Shown here: one piece after another, positions 15,411-25,603 of the stretch | Layout of the letters: every line of letters begins with the position of its first letter | Numbering within the stretch: the stretch's first letter is position 1 | Assembly: GCA_965220245.1 (NCBI GenBank) | Contig: CBDCPI010000008.1 | Location: forward strand, 265,264 to 329,263 | Reading direction: 5' to 3' | Length of the DNA stretch: 64,000 bases | Origin: Dehalococcoidia bacterium | GTDB taxonomy: Bacteria > Chloroflexota > Dehalococcoidia > Lucifugimonadales > UBA3495 | Position numbers and translations under genes: made by a program | Notes under the pieces: generated by a model | Seen by the model: the letters and a program-made list of their open reading frames with translations, nothing else | Database searches by the model: none | Told to the model about the DNA's origin: nothing

Positions 15411-18308
15411 CTACTCAGGCTTGGCCTTAATCAAGATTTGCCGGACATCCTGCGTCGTCACACTTCCGTCCCCGTCTAGGTCCAACACCGGGGTTTCCGG
15501 GGCAAGGCCTGCCGACGCCTTAAGCGCGATCAAGGCATCGAGGGCCGTGATCCGGCCATCGCCGTTGCCATCGCCAACCGTGGGCTGCCCGATAGTCAAG
15601 TGCCCCTCTCTCAATTGGAGCGGAATCTGCGCCCCGCTGGTGTCACCGGCCAACACGTCGGTGAAATTCAGCAAACTGGTAGTGTCCAGTTCACCGATGG
15701 CCCCGAATTCCACACCTACCACCGGACCGCCGTCCCCAAACCCGTCGGGCGCCGCAAATCCCACCCGCACCACACCGGCAACGTCATAGTTGTAGCTAAA
15801 AGTTGCCGGAGATAACCGGGGGCCTTTGGACACCCTGATTACTTCCAATACTGCCGGGTCGTAGTGGAGCGTAAAACCAACGCTGCTGAGACCCCCGGTC
15901 TCCACCAGGGACACCGGGACCACCACTTTTCCTCCCGGGGCGACGATGCGTGGTTCCACGATTAAACCGGGACCAGGTGGAACGGGAGTTTCGCTGTCAG
16001 TAGGGGCTACCGTATCCGCCGGCGCCGGCGGTATGGGGTCGGTCGTGGAGTCAACCAGACCATCTCGGGTAGTAACCGTTATTTGATAAGTCCCCACGGG
16101 GTTTTCAATATGTTGGTCCCCGGTGACGGCGACCAGGTAGGTCCCGGTTACGGGCGCAAGCCATTCCAGCGTGTTCCCCTGTCCAAAGTTGGACTTGGTA
16201 TAGCCCGCTTGGTCTTGAGTCAAGAATAGGTGCACAGCCGGCGCCGTCCCCAACTGCACTTGGACCACATACTCCTCGCCGCGCTCCCCGTCGAAAGCAA
16301 AGTAGTCCGTATCGTCGGCTGGGCTGATAGCGGCGGCAGTTGCATTGCCGACAAAGATAGGAGTTGCCTGCGCTGGGGAATCATCATGCCGGTCCCCCAA
16401 AGCCGTATCCGCTTCAATCTTGAGAGAGTAGGCCCCCAAGGGGTCCTGGACCGCAGGTGAGGCGGTTACCTCCACGGCATATACTTCATCATCGGGCGCG
16501 ATCCACATTACGCTGGCGCCATCGCCGTAGTTACTGGCTTCAGCGGGACCATCGCTGTACTGGTAGACAGCTAACGAGACCGCCTCAGCAGTATCGTAGC
16601 TTAGTTGGAAATCGTACCGGACCCCTCGGGTGGCCCGAAACCTAAAGTAGTCCTTATCCTTCAAGGGGCTGATCGACCCTTGATAAGTCGTGCCAAATTC
16701 TACCTGGGTAGCTGAAACTTTGGTGTCGCCATGGCGGTCCTTCAGCTCATCATTTCCCTCTACCGTGATCGTATAAGTGGCGATCTGACCGGTGCTTCGG
16801 ACTGCGCTGGAGACAGCCACATAGTATCTACCGACGCTTTGGGCGGTCCAGTTGACCTGGGAGCCTATGCCCCTGTTGGAGTGCACCGTTTTGCCATTGG
16901 CCGCTAGGATCTTTATGTCCACCGGGAAGTCCGAAGTGAATGCCACAGCGATGGAGTAGCTGGCGCCGCGCTTGGCGGTAAAGGAGAAATAGTCTAGATC
17001 ATCAGCGGGGCTTATGGCGCCCGACACCTCGTTGCCCAGTTGGACTCGGCTGGCCGATTGACGCAGGTGTGAATGTCTGTCTTCGAAGTCAGGGTCAGCA
17101 TCGACCACCAGGGAGTAGGTGCCCACTGAGGTTCGGACTTGAGCCGACCCGGACACCACGATAAAGTAGGTCTTGGTAGCCGGAGCCACCCAGTCCAAGG
17201 TGGTGCTGATGCCGCTATTGGAGGCAATGTGTTGCCCGCCGGTCCCCTCTATGGCTAACTCGATGCCGGCTAACTCGATGCCTTGGGCATCGCCCAAATT
17301 CGCGGTGATACTGTACTTTATTCCTCTGGATGCTCGAAAAGAGAACACATCCCGGTCGCCCTCTGGACTGATGGCTCCCTGGTGCGCGTTGCCGAAACGC
17401 ACGATGGTAGCGCCGGCTTGGGAGCCGTCGTGCCGGTCTTCGTAGTCGCTGTCGGCGTTGAGGGAGAGTGAATAGGTGCCGACCGAGTCCTCAACCCGGT
17501 TAGACCCTGACACCATAACGTAGTACGTGCCTGAGGATGGTGCGACCCACACCAGTCCCGGTCCCGCGCCGTTGCTTGACTCTTCTTTGCGGCCGCGAGA
17601 GTCGATGAGGGCAACCTCGACCCCTTCCGCAGTACCCAATTGGAGGTCGACCGTATATCTAACACCCCTTGACGCTTGAAAGGAGAAATAATCTCGGTCG
17701 TCGGCCCCGTGCTTGGTGCCGATCACGGGTTGGTTGGACCAAGGGCTGATTGCGCCCCGGTAAACGTTGTCGATGCTGATGGAGGTAGCGTTGGTCTTAG
17801 CGTCGCTGTGACGGTCCTCCAGGGACTTATCCTCAGTGGACGACAACAAGTAGGAGCCCAGGTAGGCAGACCCGTCGGGGGCGTCGCTCCTGACGCCCGA
17901 GATTTCTATAAAGTAGGTGTCAGTAGTGCGGGCGATCCATTGGACCTTGATCTGGTCCTCGTTCTCTCCGGGGAGCCTCACTTGGCCAGGCGAAAATTTC
18001 AAACCCCTGGCTTCGGAATTCACTACTTCGATCCTGGCGTCATAGACCCCTTTTAGGTCCAAAACGAAGGAATAGCGGACCCCGCGTTGCACTGAAAAGG
18101 AGAAATAATCGACATCCGGCTCATCGGCGGTAGGGTCGATCTTGCCGCCGACCAGACGCCCATCGTTATAGATGGTCGTCGCTTCTGCCGGAGAGTCGCC
18201 GTGATCGTCGTCGGCAAACACCGATGGAGTGGTATTAAGTAGGAGAAAAACCGAAGCGATGACCAGCGCTATCAACGCTAGTCCAGATGGGGTAGCCAGT
18301 TTGTGCAT
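15411..18308 (-). CDS. Secreted protein with six PPC-like repeats, a cohesin module and a C-terminal dockerin
   Basis: It has a signal/TM segment. Six repeats of about 110 aa follow the pattern [ED]DRH.D ... A ... G.ISP..D.DYFSF.A.RG..Y. Next come a PT linker and a cohesin-like module (GFTLHYDPAVLEV). The C-terminus has two dockerin-type Ca-binding repeats (GDGNGDGRITALDAL and LDLDGDGSVTTQDV). The start was set at the ATG at 18308, after GGAGGGG. Confidence 0.7.
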   Translation of the reverse strand: MHKLATPSGLALIALVIASVFLLLNTTPSVFADDDHGDSPAEATTIYNDGRLVGGKIDPTADEPDVDYFSFSVQRGVRYSFVLDLKGVYDARIEVVNSEARGLKFSPGQVRLPGENEDQIKVQWIARTTDTYFIEISGVRSDAPDGSAYLGSYLLSSTEDKSLEDRHSDAKTNATSISIDNVYRGAISPWSNQPVIGTKHGADDRDYFSFQASRGVRYTVDLQLGTAEGVEVALIDSRGRKEESSNGAGPGLVWVAPSSGTYYVMVSGSNRVEDSVGTYSLSLNADSDYEDRHDGSQAGATIVRFGNAHQGAISPEGDRDVFSFRASRGIKYSITANLGDAQGIELAGIELAIEGTGGQHIASNSGISTTLDWVAPATKTYFIVVSGSAQVRTSVGTYSLVVDADPDFEDRHSHLRQSASRVQLGNEVSGAISPADDLDYFSFTAKRGASYSIAVAFTSDFPVDIKILAANGKTVHSNRGIGSQVNWTAQSVGRYYVAVSSAVRSTGQIATYTITVEGNDELKDRHGDTKVSATQVEFGTTYQGSISPLKDKDYFRFRATRGVRYDFQLSYDTAEAVSLAVYQYSDGPAEASNYGDGASVMWIAPDDEVYAVEVTASPAVQDPLGAYSLKIEADTALGDRHDDSPAQATPIFVGNATAAAISPADDTDYFAFDGERGEEYVVQVQLGTAPAVHLFLTQDQAGYTKSNFGQGNTLEWLAPVTGTYLVAVTGDQHIENPVGTYQITVTTRDGLVDSTTDPIPPAPADTVAPTDSETPVPPGPGLIVEPRIVAPGGKVVVPVSLVETGGLSSVGFTLHYDPAVLEVIRVSKGPRLSPATFSYNYDVAGVVRVGFAAPDGFGDGGPVVGVEFGAIGELDTTSLLNFTDVLAGDTSGAQIPLQLREGHLTIGQPTVGDGNGDGRITALDALIALKASAGLAPETPVLDLDGDGSVTTQDVRQILIKAKPE

Positions 18309-18546
18309 GTCCGCCCTCCCCTCCAATTCCACCCGGCCCTGGCGCTACCGCCGCGGACATTGACCCTTCTGGGTCTTAGTTTGGGTGCATCGAGTCGGCC
18401 TAATTACCCAGGATGCCGAGCGTTTAGGATGCGCTAGACAGAATTATAGATGCCCGCCACGGACCGGTTCAACTGTATGGAATGCGGATTATTAGCAAAA
18501 CCGCGAGACTTTCCATCCGGAGCCACCCTTGGCCGGCGACAGTTTT

Positions 18547-20112
18547 CTAGTCCCGACCGTAGACGCCGGTAGCCGGGTAGAAGGCGTACCAACCGAACCA
18601 GAAAGCGGAACGGCCGGGGAGGCGCCGCAAAGGCACCGTAGGGTCTCCGTGCCGGGCCAGGGCGTCTTCCTCCAAACGCCACCTTAGGCCGTCATCGTCG
18701 ATGAGAAACACGGACCCTTCTTCTCCTTGCTCGGTCTCCAGCCTAACAAAGGTCTGGCCGGAACGCTGGTAGGCCCGAGGGCCGCCGCCAAGCGGAGTGA
18801 CCAATACCAAGTCCACCCCGCCTATGGAATCGTTAATAACGGCAGTTTCCTCTAGGACCCCTTGGGGATAAGCCTTGGCTTGCCCGTTGAAATCAAGGCC
18901 GAATACCCTGGACTTGGCCGTCAACAGGTCACTTCTTTCCGGCACCGGAAACATCGTCTTGGCGCTTTGCCGATAGGAGGTGTAAATGGAGCCGGGGTCG
19001 GACTCGGGACGGTAGGCCCGCGGCGGGTAAACCCCGGTGCGGACATCCAACACGGTGGTATCCGGATGGGTTGCCAGCCAGTCGGCCCAAGTGGTCAACG
19101 CGACGGGCAAGACCTCTAGGGTGATACCGCTCCCCGCCAACTCGCCAACGACGGGCTTACCTCTGAATTGATGCCAAAGGGAATTGGCGCCTTTGTCGTA
19201 CATTAGCTTGTTGCTCCGGTAGAGCCACCCGGAGGTCCCGAACTGTAGCACTTCGCCGTTTATTTCGGTGGAATACACGATTCCAGAGCCGCAGAGGGTT
19301 CAATAGGCCAAAGCAAAGGGTACCCCGCCCAGTACGTCGTTCGCCATCTCGTGGGCATTCAGGATGCGGAGCGGGTACGCCCGGTGTTCACCGTTGATGG
19401 ACACCCCGAATACCCGGTCGGTGGGCTCCAAGAAGTCCGCGTCCTCCGGCGGCAGCACCGGCGGGTTGTTCAACTCCGGTATGCCGTCCTTGGCCACCCC
19501 GCCCCAAACGATTTCTTCCAAGCGAATCTCGGTCTTCACGCCCTGATAGAGGAAGCTCCCCAGCCCCGGATCGATTAACGAGTAGAGGTCCCCTTTCCAA
19601 GCGTCATATCCTTCCGGGGCTTGGACCTGCGGGTTCCGGCCCAGCCACTCTATCCACCAAGCCCAATCGGTCCGCTCGGGAGCAATAACAATGGTTTCCG
19701 GCCCTTCCAGAAGTTTATTGATGAATGAGGCTACGTTAATCCTTCCCTCAGCCTCGGATTGAAACCGCATGAATTCGAGGAGCACCGGAATGAAAGACAG
19801 GTTGCCAGCGGCAACCATCTTCTCCGCAATGGCGGCCACGTTTCCGTCAATGGTCGCTCGCATTAGCTGGGTAGGGTCATCTGGAAGCTCGGGAGTCGGC
19901 TGAATTCCCGCAGCGGTCAAGGCCTCGGAATCAGGACTTGCCGAAGTCGGAGCCAGCGTAGTCGTTGGGGCCAAAGTGGCAGTGGGAGCAGGGACGAAAT
20001 TGGCCGTGGGGCTCGAGGTGGGTCCCGGCATCCCGGTGGCCGACGGGGTGCAGGCGGCGGTCAACAGCAGCGCCGCCGCCAAGAATATGAGCACTCTAAA
20101 AGGGGAGTTCAA
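18547..20112 (-). CDS. DUF3179-family lipoprotein with in-frame TGA (candidate Sec) in the conserved CPLC motif
   Basis: Track ORFs 19300-20112 and 18547-19278 are in one frame. The junction reads GGVPFALAY-TGA(19302-19300)-TLCGSGIVYSTEING. DUF3179 hallmarks lie on both sides: KDGIPEL ... HRAYPLRILNAHEMANDV upstream and a FWFGWYAFYPATGVYG tail downstream. The N-terminus is lipobox-like (LLLTAAC). TTG start after AAGGAG. Confidence 0.75.
19269..19285 (-). promoter_or_regulatory. Candidate SECIS-like hairpin downstream of the DUF3179 TGA
   Basis: In mRNA sense, tGGAATcgtgtATTCCa forms a 6-bp stem with a CGUGU loop. It starts 15 nt after the TGA. Found by eye only. Confidence 0.3.
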
Positions 20113-20115
20113 AAG

Positions 20116-20273
20116 CCCCTTCTCCTTGGGGAGAAGGCTGGGATGAGGGGAAATTCCCGACGACGGCCAAGGTAATTCACAGCTAGAACGCCCCTCACCC
20201 TAGCCCTCTCCCCACGGGAGCTGACAGGGGTAGATATTTGTTTGCTCCGTCGTTCCGGCGTAGGCCGGAACCC
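20116..20273. repeat. Composite GC-rich palindromes
   Basis: ccccttctccttggggagaaggctgggatgagggg pairs imperfectly with cccctcaccctagccctctcccca at 20191-20214. A hairpin cgtcGTTCCGGCgtagGCCGGAACcc lies at 20248-20273. Confidence 0.45.
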
Positions 20274-20512
20274 AGGTGGGTGGGGGCGCACCCTCCAGAT
20301 GTTCAGAGTATCTGCGTGTACCGGCTAACCCAGTTGTAGTTCACCTCCTCTATCAGAGGTAACACCAGTGTACAGCATTCCGTTTCTCTTGCTGGCGAGG
20401 AGGTATACGCAGGGGATTTTTCCGGGTTGCGGGAAGAGTATGTCATACCGCTGGTTCTGCCTCGTAATCATTCGAAGGTAGCCCCGGCGAAGGTAGTCCC
20501 GGCCCCGCCCCT

Positions 20513-20539
20513 GGGTTCCGGCCTGCGCCGGAACGACGG
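20513..20539. repeat. GC hairpin of the same family
   Basis: ggGTTCCGGCctgcGCCGGAACgacgg. Confidence 0.45.
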
Positions 20540-20629
20540 AATGCGGATACCTACCCCTGTAAGCCCAAAGGGAGAGGGAACTTTGCACACACCCTCTAAA
20601 GCAACGGATGGGCCGGGAAGCACTCTGGT

Positions 20630-22045
20630 TCAAATCTGTCGCCGGTCCCGTCTTCGGTCAATGATGCGCCGGGCTTTGAACTGGGTACGCTCGAACTCCC
20701 CCGCAGGCTTCAACTCCACCGCGACGCCCACACCGATGGCGCGCCTAAGATCGGCCGCAATCCGTTCCCGCAGCGGCTCCAAGGCCGCCGGGTCGTATTC
20801 CCGGTCCGAATAGGACTCTGCATTGACCTCGGTCTGCACCGTCAGGCGGTCTAGCTGACCGCTCTCTCTTTCCAGCACCAATCGAAACTCGCCGCCGAAC
20901 TCCTTCATTCCCCTTAGAATATCTTCGATGCGGGAAGGAAAAACGTTCTGGCCGCGGACGATAATCATGTCGTCGGTCCGGCCGTAGATGCCCAGAGTCA
21001 AGGTGGGATAAGTCCGTCCGCAGGGGCAGTCCACCATGTCCCAGCGGGCGATGTCTCCCGACCAATAACGTATCATGGGTTGGGAAGTCCGCTCCAGATG
21101 GGTATAGACCGGAACGCCTTCCGCGCCCAAGGGCAATGGCGCCTTGCTATTGGGGTCAACCATCTCGGTGTAGACCAGGTCGTTCCACAGGTGCATCCCT
21201 TGGTCCAAGTGTCGGCAACCGGCGTTGGTCATCCAAGGCGTCATTTCCGCCATGGTGCCCATGTCCACCACGTAGCAATCGTAGGTATCCTCGATTTGAC
21301 TACGGGTTGAGGGGACGCTGGCGCCCGGCTCGCCGGAGAAGAACATGAACCGAAACCCGAAGTCGGTGCGCGGGTCCAGCCCCATGCTTTTGGCCACCTC
21401 CGCTAGGTACAGAGCATAGGACGGGGTGGCGTACAACGCGGACGGCTTTAACATGGCGGCCCACTCCGCCGCCCGCTCCGTCTGTCCCGGTGCGCCGCTG
21501 CCAAAGGGGAAGCAGGTTGCGCCCAGCCGCTCTGCCCCTACCAACGCTCCCCAACTGCCGATATACAAGCTAAAGACGGCGGCCACCATTACGATGTCGC
21601 CGGGGCGCAAGCCGGCGGCCCATAGGATGCGGGCATGGGCCTCGCCAATGCGGCCCCAGTCGTCCCGGCCGATGCCGAAGACGGTGGGCCTGCCGGTGGT
21701 CCCGGAGGTGCCGTGGACCCGGAAGACTTCTTGCTCAGGGATGCAAAGAAACCGCCCGTAAGGAGGATATAATTCCTGCTCTCGCCGCACCTCTTCTTTG
21801 GTCAGGATGGGCAACCGGGCCAACTCCTCAAAACTGGAGATGTTAGTGGGGTCGACCGGGGCGTCACGGTAGAACTCACGGTAAAACCCGGAGTTGACAA
21901 AGGCGTAGCGTACCTGGCTCCGCAGCTTTTCCAGAATAATCAGGTCACGCTGCTCCGGAGGCATGGTCTCCGGCTCCGGATCCCAGTACTCGGAGTTTGC
22001 CTCCGGGATAAAGCCGGGCGAATAGCGGGGCGGCCACTCCATCAT
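20630..22045 (-). CDS. Phenylacetate-CoA ligase (PaaK)/coenzyme F390 synthetase-like adenylating enzyme
   Basis: FYREFY ... HGTSGTTGRPT ... GSGAPG pattern. The start was trimmed to the ATG at 22045, after GAGAGG, because the first 38 codons of the track ORF translate a repeat (gtcaccctgagcgacagcgaagggtc). Confidence 0.7.
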   Translation of the reverse strand: MMEWPPRYSPGFIPEANSEYWDPEPETMPPEQRDLIILEKLRSQVRYAFVNSGFYREFYRDAPVDPTNISSFEELARLPILTKEEVRREQELYPPYGRFLCIPEQEVFRVHGTSGTTGRPTVFGIGRDDWGRIGEAHARILWAAGLRPGDIVMVAAVFSLYIGSWGALVGAERLGATCFPFGSGAPGQTERAAEWAAMLKPSALYATPSYALYLAEVAKSMGLDPRTDFGFRFMFFSGEPGASVPSTRSQIEDTYDCYVVDMGTMAEMTPWMTNAGCRHLDQGMHLWNDLVYTEMVDPNSKAPLPLGAEGVPVYTHLERTSQPMIRYWSGDIARWDMVDCPCGRTYPTLTLGIYGRTDDMIIVRGQNVFPSRIEDILRGMKEFGGEFRLVLERESGQLDRLTVQTEVNAESYSDREYDPAALEPLRERIAADLRRAIGVGVAVELKPAGEFERTQFKARRIIDRRRDRRQI

Positions 22046-22244
22046 CCCCAGCGCCTCTCTCGGCAGGAACATGGGGGAATCATCGCGCAGGGTCTTTCGA
22101 TTGTCACCCTGAGCGACAGCGAAGGGTCTAAAGTCCCTGCCTTCATGCCGCCGGAACATTTTAGATTCTTCGTCGCAAGCTCCTCAGAATGACCGGGCCT
22201 GGAGGTCTGCATCTCCTTAACATCGAGAACCGAATGACCCTGCA

Positions 22245-22658
22245 TCATCGCGGTTGCAGCCGGTCGTAAATAAAATCGATCATGGCCTGAGTGAAAGTCC
22301 CCACCGGAAAAACGCCGTCGACGCCCATTGCTTGCAATGGCTCGACATCGTCCTCGGGGATGGTGCCCCCCACCAACAACAGCACATCGGTCAATCCCTG
22401 CTCGCTCAAGGCTTGGGTCAACCGGGGAATCAACCGCATGTGGGCCCCGGAGAGGATGCTGATTCCCACCGCATCGGCGTCTTCTTGCAGCGCCGCTTGG
22501 GCCACTTGTGCGGGGGTTACCCGCATACCCAGGTACACTACCTCCATGCCCGCATCCCGCAGGGCCCGCGCGACGACTTTGACGCCTCGGTCGTGGCCAT
22601 CCAGTCCCAGCTTGGCCAAGAGGACTTTGGGAATTAAGTTAGACGAGTTTCCAGTCAC
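22245..22658 (-). CDS. Methylmalonyl-CoA (acyl-CoA) mutase, cobalamin-binding small subunit
   Basis: 137 aa with the B12-binding motif [29 protein letters not shown]. Confidence 0.85.
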   Translation of the reverse strand: MTGNSSNLIPKVLLAKLGLDGHDRGVKVVARALRDAGMEVVYLGMRVTPAQVAQAALQEDADAVGISILSGAHMRLIPRLTQALSEQGLTDVLLLVGGTIPEDDVEPLQAMGVDGVFPVGTFTQAMIDFIYDRLQPR

Positions 22659-22699
22659 CGGACTCGGTCTCCCGAATTCATAGCTCTGCCCGTTCCAGC

Positions 22700-24349
22700 C
22701 TAAAACACGCCCGGGTCCACGTACTCCCCGTATACGTCCCGGAGGGCTCCCATAACCTCGCCCTCGGTGGCGGACACCTCCACCGCCTCCAGCACTAAGG
22801 GCATCAGGTTTTCATCCCGCTGCGCTGCTTTGGATAACCGGTGCAGGGCGTCGGCAACGAGGCTGGGGCTGCGGGTCTCCTTGACTTTGGCCAAGCGGGC
22901 TATTTGCCGGTGTTCCTCCGCCGGATCGAAGTGGAATAGCTCCAGAGGGCGTTGCGCCTCAGACTGGTACTGATTGAGCCCCACGACTACTTGCTCGTTG
23001 GACTCGATGCGCCGTTGATATTCATAAGAAGCCCGGGCGATCTCCCGCTCAATATACCCGGTGGAGATGGCTTGCAGCATCCCCTCGTATAGGGACCCGG
23101 AGCCCAAGCCGTCAATGGTTTCGATGTACTCGGAAGCCTTCTCTTCCATCGCATTGGTCAGCGACTCCAGAAACATAGAGCCGCCCAGCGGGTCCACCGT
23201 GCTGGCCACACCGGACTCGTGGGCCAGAATAAGCTGGGTAGCCAGAGACATCCGCATGGCTTCTTCAGAGGGTATGTCGTAGGCTTCGTCGTAACCGCTA
23301 ACGTGCAGCGATTGGGTGCCGCCCAGCACCGCCGCCAACGCTTGGAACGCCCCCCTAACGATGTTGTTCTGGGGGTCTTGGCGCATCAACGTCGAGCCCA
23401 AGGTCTGGGTATGGAACCGCAGCCGCATGGACTCGGGCCTTGTAGCGCCATAACGGTCTTTCATTATCCGGGCCCACATGCGCCGCGCCGCCCGGAACTT
23501 GGCCACCTCTTCGAAGAAGTCGTTGTGGCAGCCGAAGAAGAAGGATAGCCTTGGAGCGAAGCTGTCTACCGGAAGGTCCCGTTTCAGAGTGGACTCCACG
23601 TAGGCCATTCCCTGAGCCAAGGTGAAAGCCAACTCTTGGACCGCATCGGACCCGGACTCCCGGGTGTGGTAGCCGGAGATAGAGACGGTATACCAATTGG
23701 GTACGTGGCGGGTGTAGAACTCGATAATGTCGGTGGTGAGCTTGAGAGACGGCCCCGGGCCCAAAGCAAAGGTCTTCTGGCCGTGGAACTCCTTCAAAGA
23801 GTCGTTTTGGGTGGTCCCCCGAAGGGCTTCCCAGCCTACTCCCCGCTTCCGGGCCGTGGCCAAGAACATGCTCAGCATGACGATAGCGGGATGATTGATG
23901 GTCAAGGACACGCTAACCTGGTCCATGGCTATGCCATCGAAGAGGTCGTGCATGTCTTGCACCGTGTCCACGGCGACTCCCAACCGGCCTACCTCACCCT
24001 CGGCTAGTTCATGGTCAGAGTCGTAGCCGGTCAAGGTGGGGTGGTCGAAGTCGGTGCTTATACCTGTCTGGCCGTGCTCCAGTAAAAAACGGTAGCGCTG
24101 ATTGGTGGCTTGGGCCGTGCCAAAGCCAGCGATCTGCCGCCGGGTCCACAAACGCCCCCGGTACATATTGGGATAGGGGCCGCGGGTAAAGGGGTAGGCG
24201 CCGGGCTCGCCCAAGTCCCGGTCGTAATCAAGGGCGGCAGCGTCTACCTTGGAGTAGAGACCCTTGACCTCTAATCCTGATAGAGTCCGGCCCGACAGGG
24301 TCCGGTAGTCGGCGGGCTGTGCTTCCGGCCCACCCGGGTTGGCTACCAT
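22700..24349 (-). CDS. Methylmalonyl-CoA (acyl-CoA) mutase, catalytic large subunit
   Basis: About 549 aa with [28 protein letters not shown] ... [14 protein letters not shown] at 24349 after GAGAGGA. The track's alternative GTG is at 24370. Confidence 0.85.
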   Translation of the reverse strand: MVANPGGPEAQPADYRTLSGRTLSGLEVKGLYSKVDAAALDYDRDLGEPGAYPFTRGPYPNMYRGRLWTRRQIAGFGTAQATNQRYRFLLEHGQTGISTDFDHPTLTGYDSDHELAEGEVGRLGVAVDTVQDMHDLFDGIAMDQVSVSLTINHPAIVMLSMFLATARKRGVGWEALRGTTQNDSLKEFHGQKTFALGPGPSLKLTTDIIEFYTRHVPNWYTVSISGYHTRESGSDAVQELAFTLAQGMAYVESTLKRDLPVDSFAPRLSFFFGCHNDFFEEVAKFRAARRMWARIMKDRYGATRPESMRLRFHTQTLGSTLMRQDPQNNIVRGAFQALAAVLGGTQSLHVSGYDEAYDIPSEEAMRMSLATQLILAHESGVASTVDPLGGSMFLESLTNAMEEKASEYIETIDGLGSGSLYEGMLQAISTGYIEREIARASYEYQRRIESNEQVVVGLNQYQSEAQRPLELFHFDPAEEHRQIARLAKVKETRSPSLVADALHRLSKAAQRDENLMPLVLEAVEVSATEGEVMGALRDVYGEYVDPGVF

Positions 24350-24460
24350 AGTCTTGTCCTCTCTTATCACTGGCTTATGCCGCCTGAGCCGTCAGGGCCT
24401 CTTCATTTTCCGCATTCCGGGCCAGAACGACTTGACAGAGACAGAACCGACGCATCCCGC

Positions 24461-24574
24461 CGTCGTCCCGGCGAAAGTCGGGACCCAGGACTGCTAAGAC
24501 AACTGCGACGTTCCTCGTTGCAAATCCGGGGTCCCGGGGGACATTCTGGATTCCGGCTCAAGGCCGGAATGACG
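24461..24574. repeat. Two GC hairpins
   Basis: cgtcGTCCCGGCgaaaGTCGGGACcc at 24461-24486 and ggATTCCGGCtcaagGCCGGAATgacg at 24548-24574. Confidence 0.45.
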
Positions 24575-24588
24575 AGCAGGCGCCGGTG

Positions 24589-25467
24589 CTATCCCAACCG
24601 CACGTATTTGTCCACGCTCTTCTCTGCGGTTAGGGCCAAGTAAAGGTCTCCGTGGGCGTCGACCCAAGAGCCGTGGGCCGAGCGGGACGCCCAACGGGCC
24701 AATACGTTGCCTTCTCCATCCAAGACGCTCATCTGAGGCGGCTTACCGTCTTCGGGGCGCTCGCTGGTGTAGAACATCCCCTCCGAGTCTTGGGAAATGT
24801 CCAGCGGGCGTTGCATGTCGGTCCACATAGTTATGTAGTTGCCATCGGCGTCAAAGACCTGCACCCGGCTGTTTTCCCGGTCGCATACGTAGACTCGCCC
24901 ATCTTGGCCCACCAAGAGGCTGTGGGGCAGGTGGAACTGGTTCGCCCCTCCTTTGCCCGGTTCTCCCCAAGAGGAGATCAGGGACCCATCGCTGGAGAAG
25001 CGGTGGACTCGGGCGTTCCGGTACCCGTCGGAAACGTACAATTCACCCGATGGAGCCGGGACCAACTCAGTCAAGTAGTTGAAGGGGCCGGCCGCACGAG
25101 GCGCAACCTCGCCAGCGACCTCGCAGCCAGTGTCGGAGTAGACGCCGTGGGTGCCGATAATCTGGAGGGGCCGCCCGTCTAGGGTGTACTTCATAGCTAC
25201 CGAGCCCTCCCGGTCGGTGAGGTACACGATGTCGTCGGCAATATAAATACCGTGGGGATTGACGAAGTTGCCATTTCCCCAAGAACCCACAAAGTTGCCC
25301 TCCCGGTCAAAGATGACCACCGGCGGGTCCTTCCGCTGGAAGACGTAGACCCGGTCTTGGGAGTCGGTGGCGACGGCGCTGACCGTCCCAAACTCCTCTC
25401 CTTGAGGCAGCCGGGCCCAGTCTTGCTCCAGCCGGTAAGTGTATTTACCGGTACCTACAGTAGTCAT
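24589..25467 (-). CDS. NHL-repeat six-bladed beta-propeller protein
   Basis: 292 aa with repeated [FY]V.D..N.R[VI] blades: VYVFQRKD, VYLTDREG, LYVSDGYRNARVHRF, VYVCDRENSRVQVF. AAGGAG ribosome-binding site. Confidence 0.65.
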   Translation of the reverse strand: MTTVGTGKYTYRLEQDWARLPQGEEFGTVSAVATDSQDRVYVFQRKDPPVVIFDREGNFVGSWGNGNFVNPHGIYIADDIVYLTDREGSVAMKYTLDGRPLQIIGTHGVYSDTGCEVAGEVAPRAAGPFNYLTELVPAPSGELYVSDGYRNARVHRFSSDGSLISSWGEPGKGGANQFHLPHSLLVGQDGRVYVCDRENSRVQVFDADGNYITMWTDMQRPLDISQDSEGMFYTSERPEDGKPPQMSVLDGEGNVLARWASRSAHGSWVDAHGDLYLALTAEKSVDKYVRLG

Positions 25468-25603
25468 GGCCGATCTCCTTTTGGCGTTGCGATGGGGTTA
25501 TTCCAGTCCTGGGTTGCACTCTGGGATTGCTTTGCCGCTGGCCACCATACTAACACACCGTTGAATTCGGTGGTTGAGGCGATGGCCTCGGCGGAGCCAG
25601 TCC

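Noticed and set aside
2189-19302. Global reassignment of TGA (code 4/25) as the explanation for the in-frame TGAs.
   Set aside because: TGA terminates well-supported genes here. Examples are the XDH-family gene at 2758-2760, the lactonase at 42064-42066, DUF1156 at 63597-63599 and the IS630 orfA genes.
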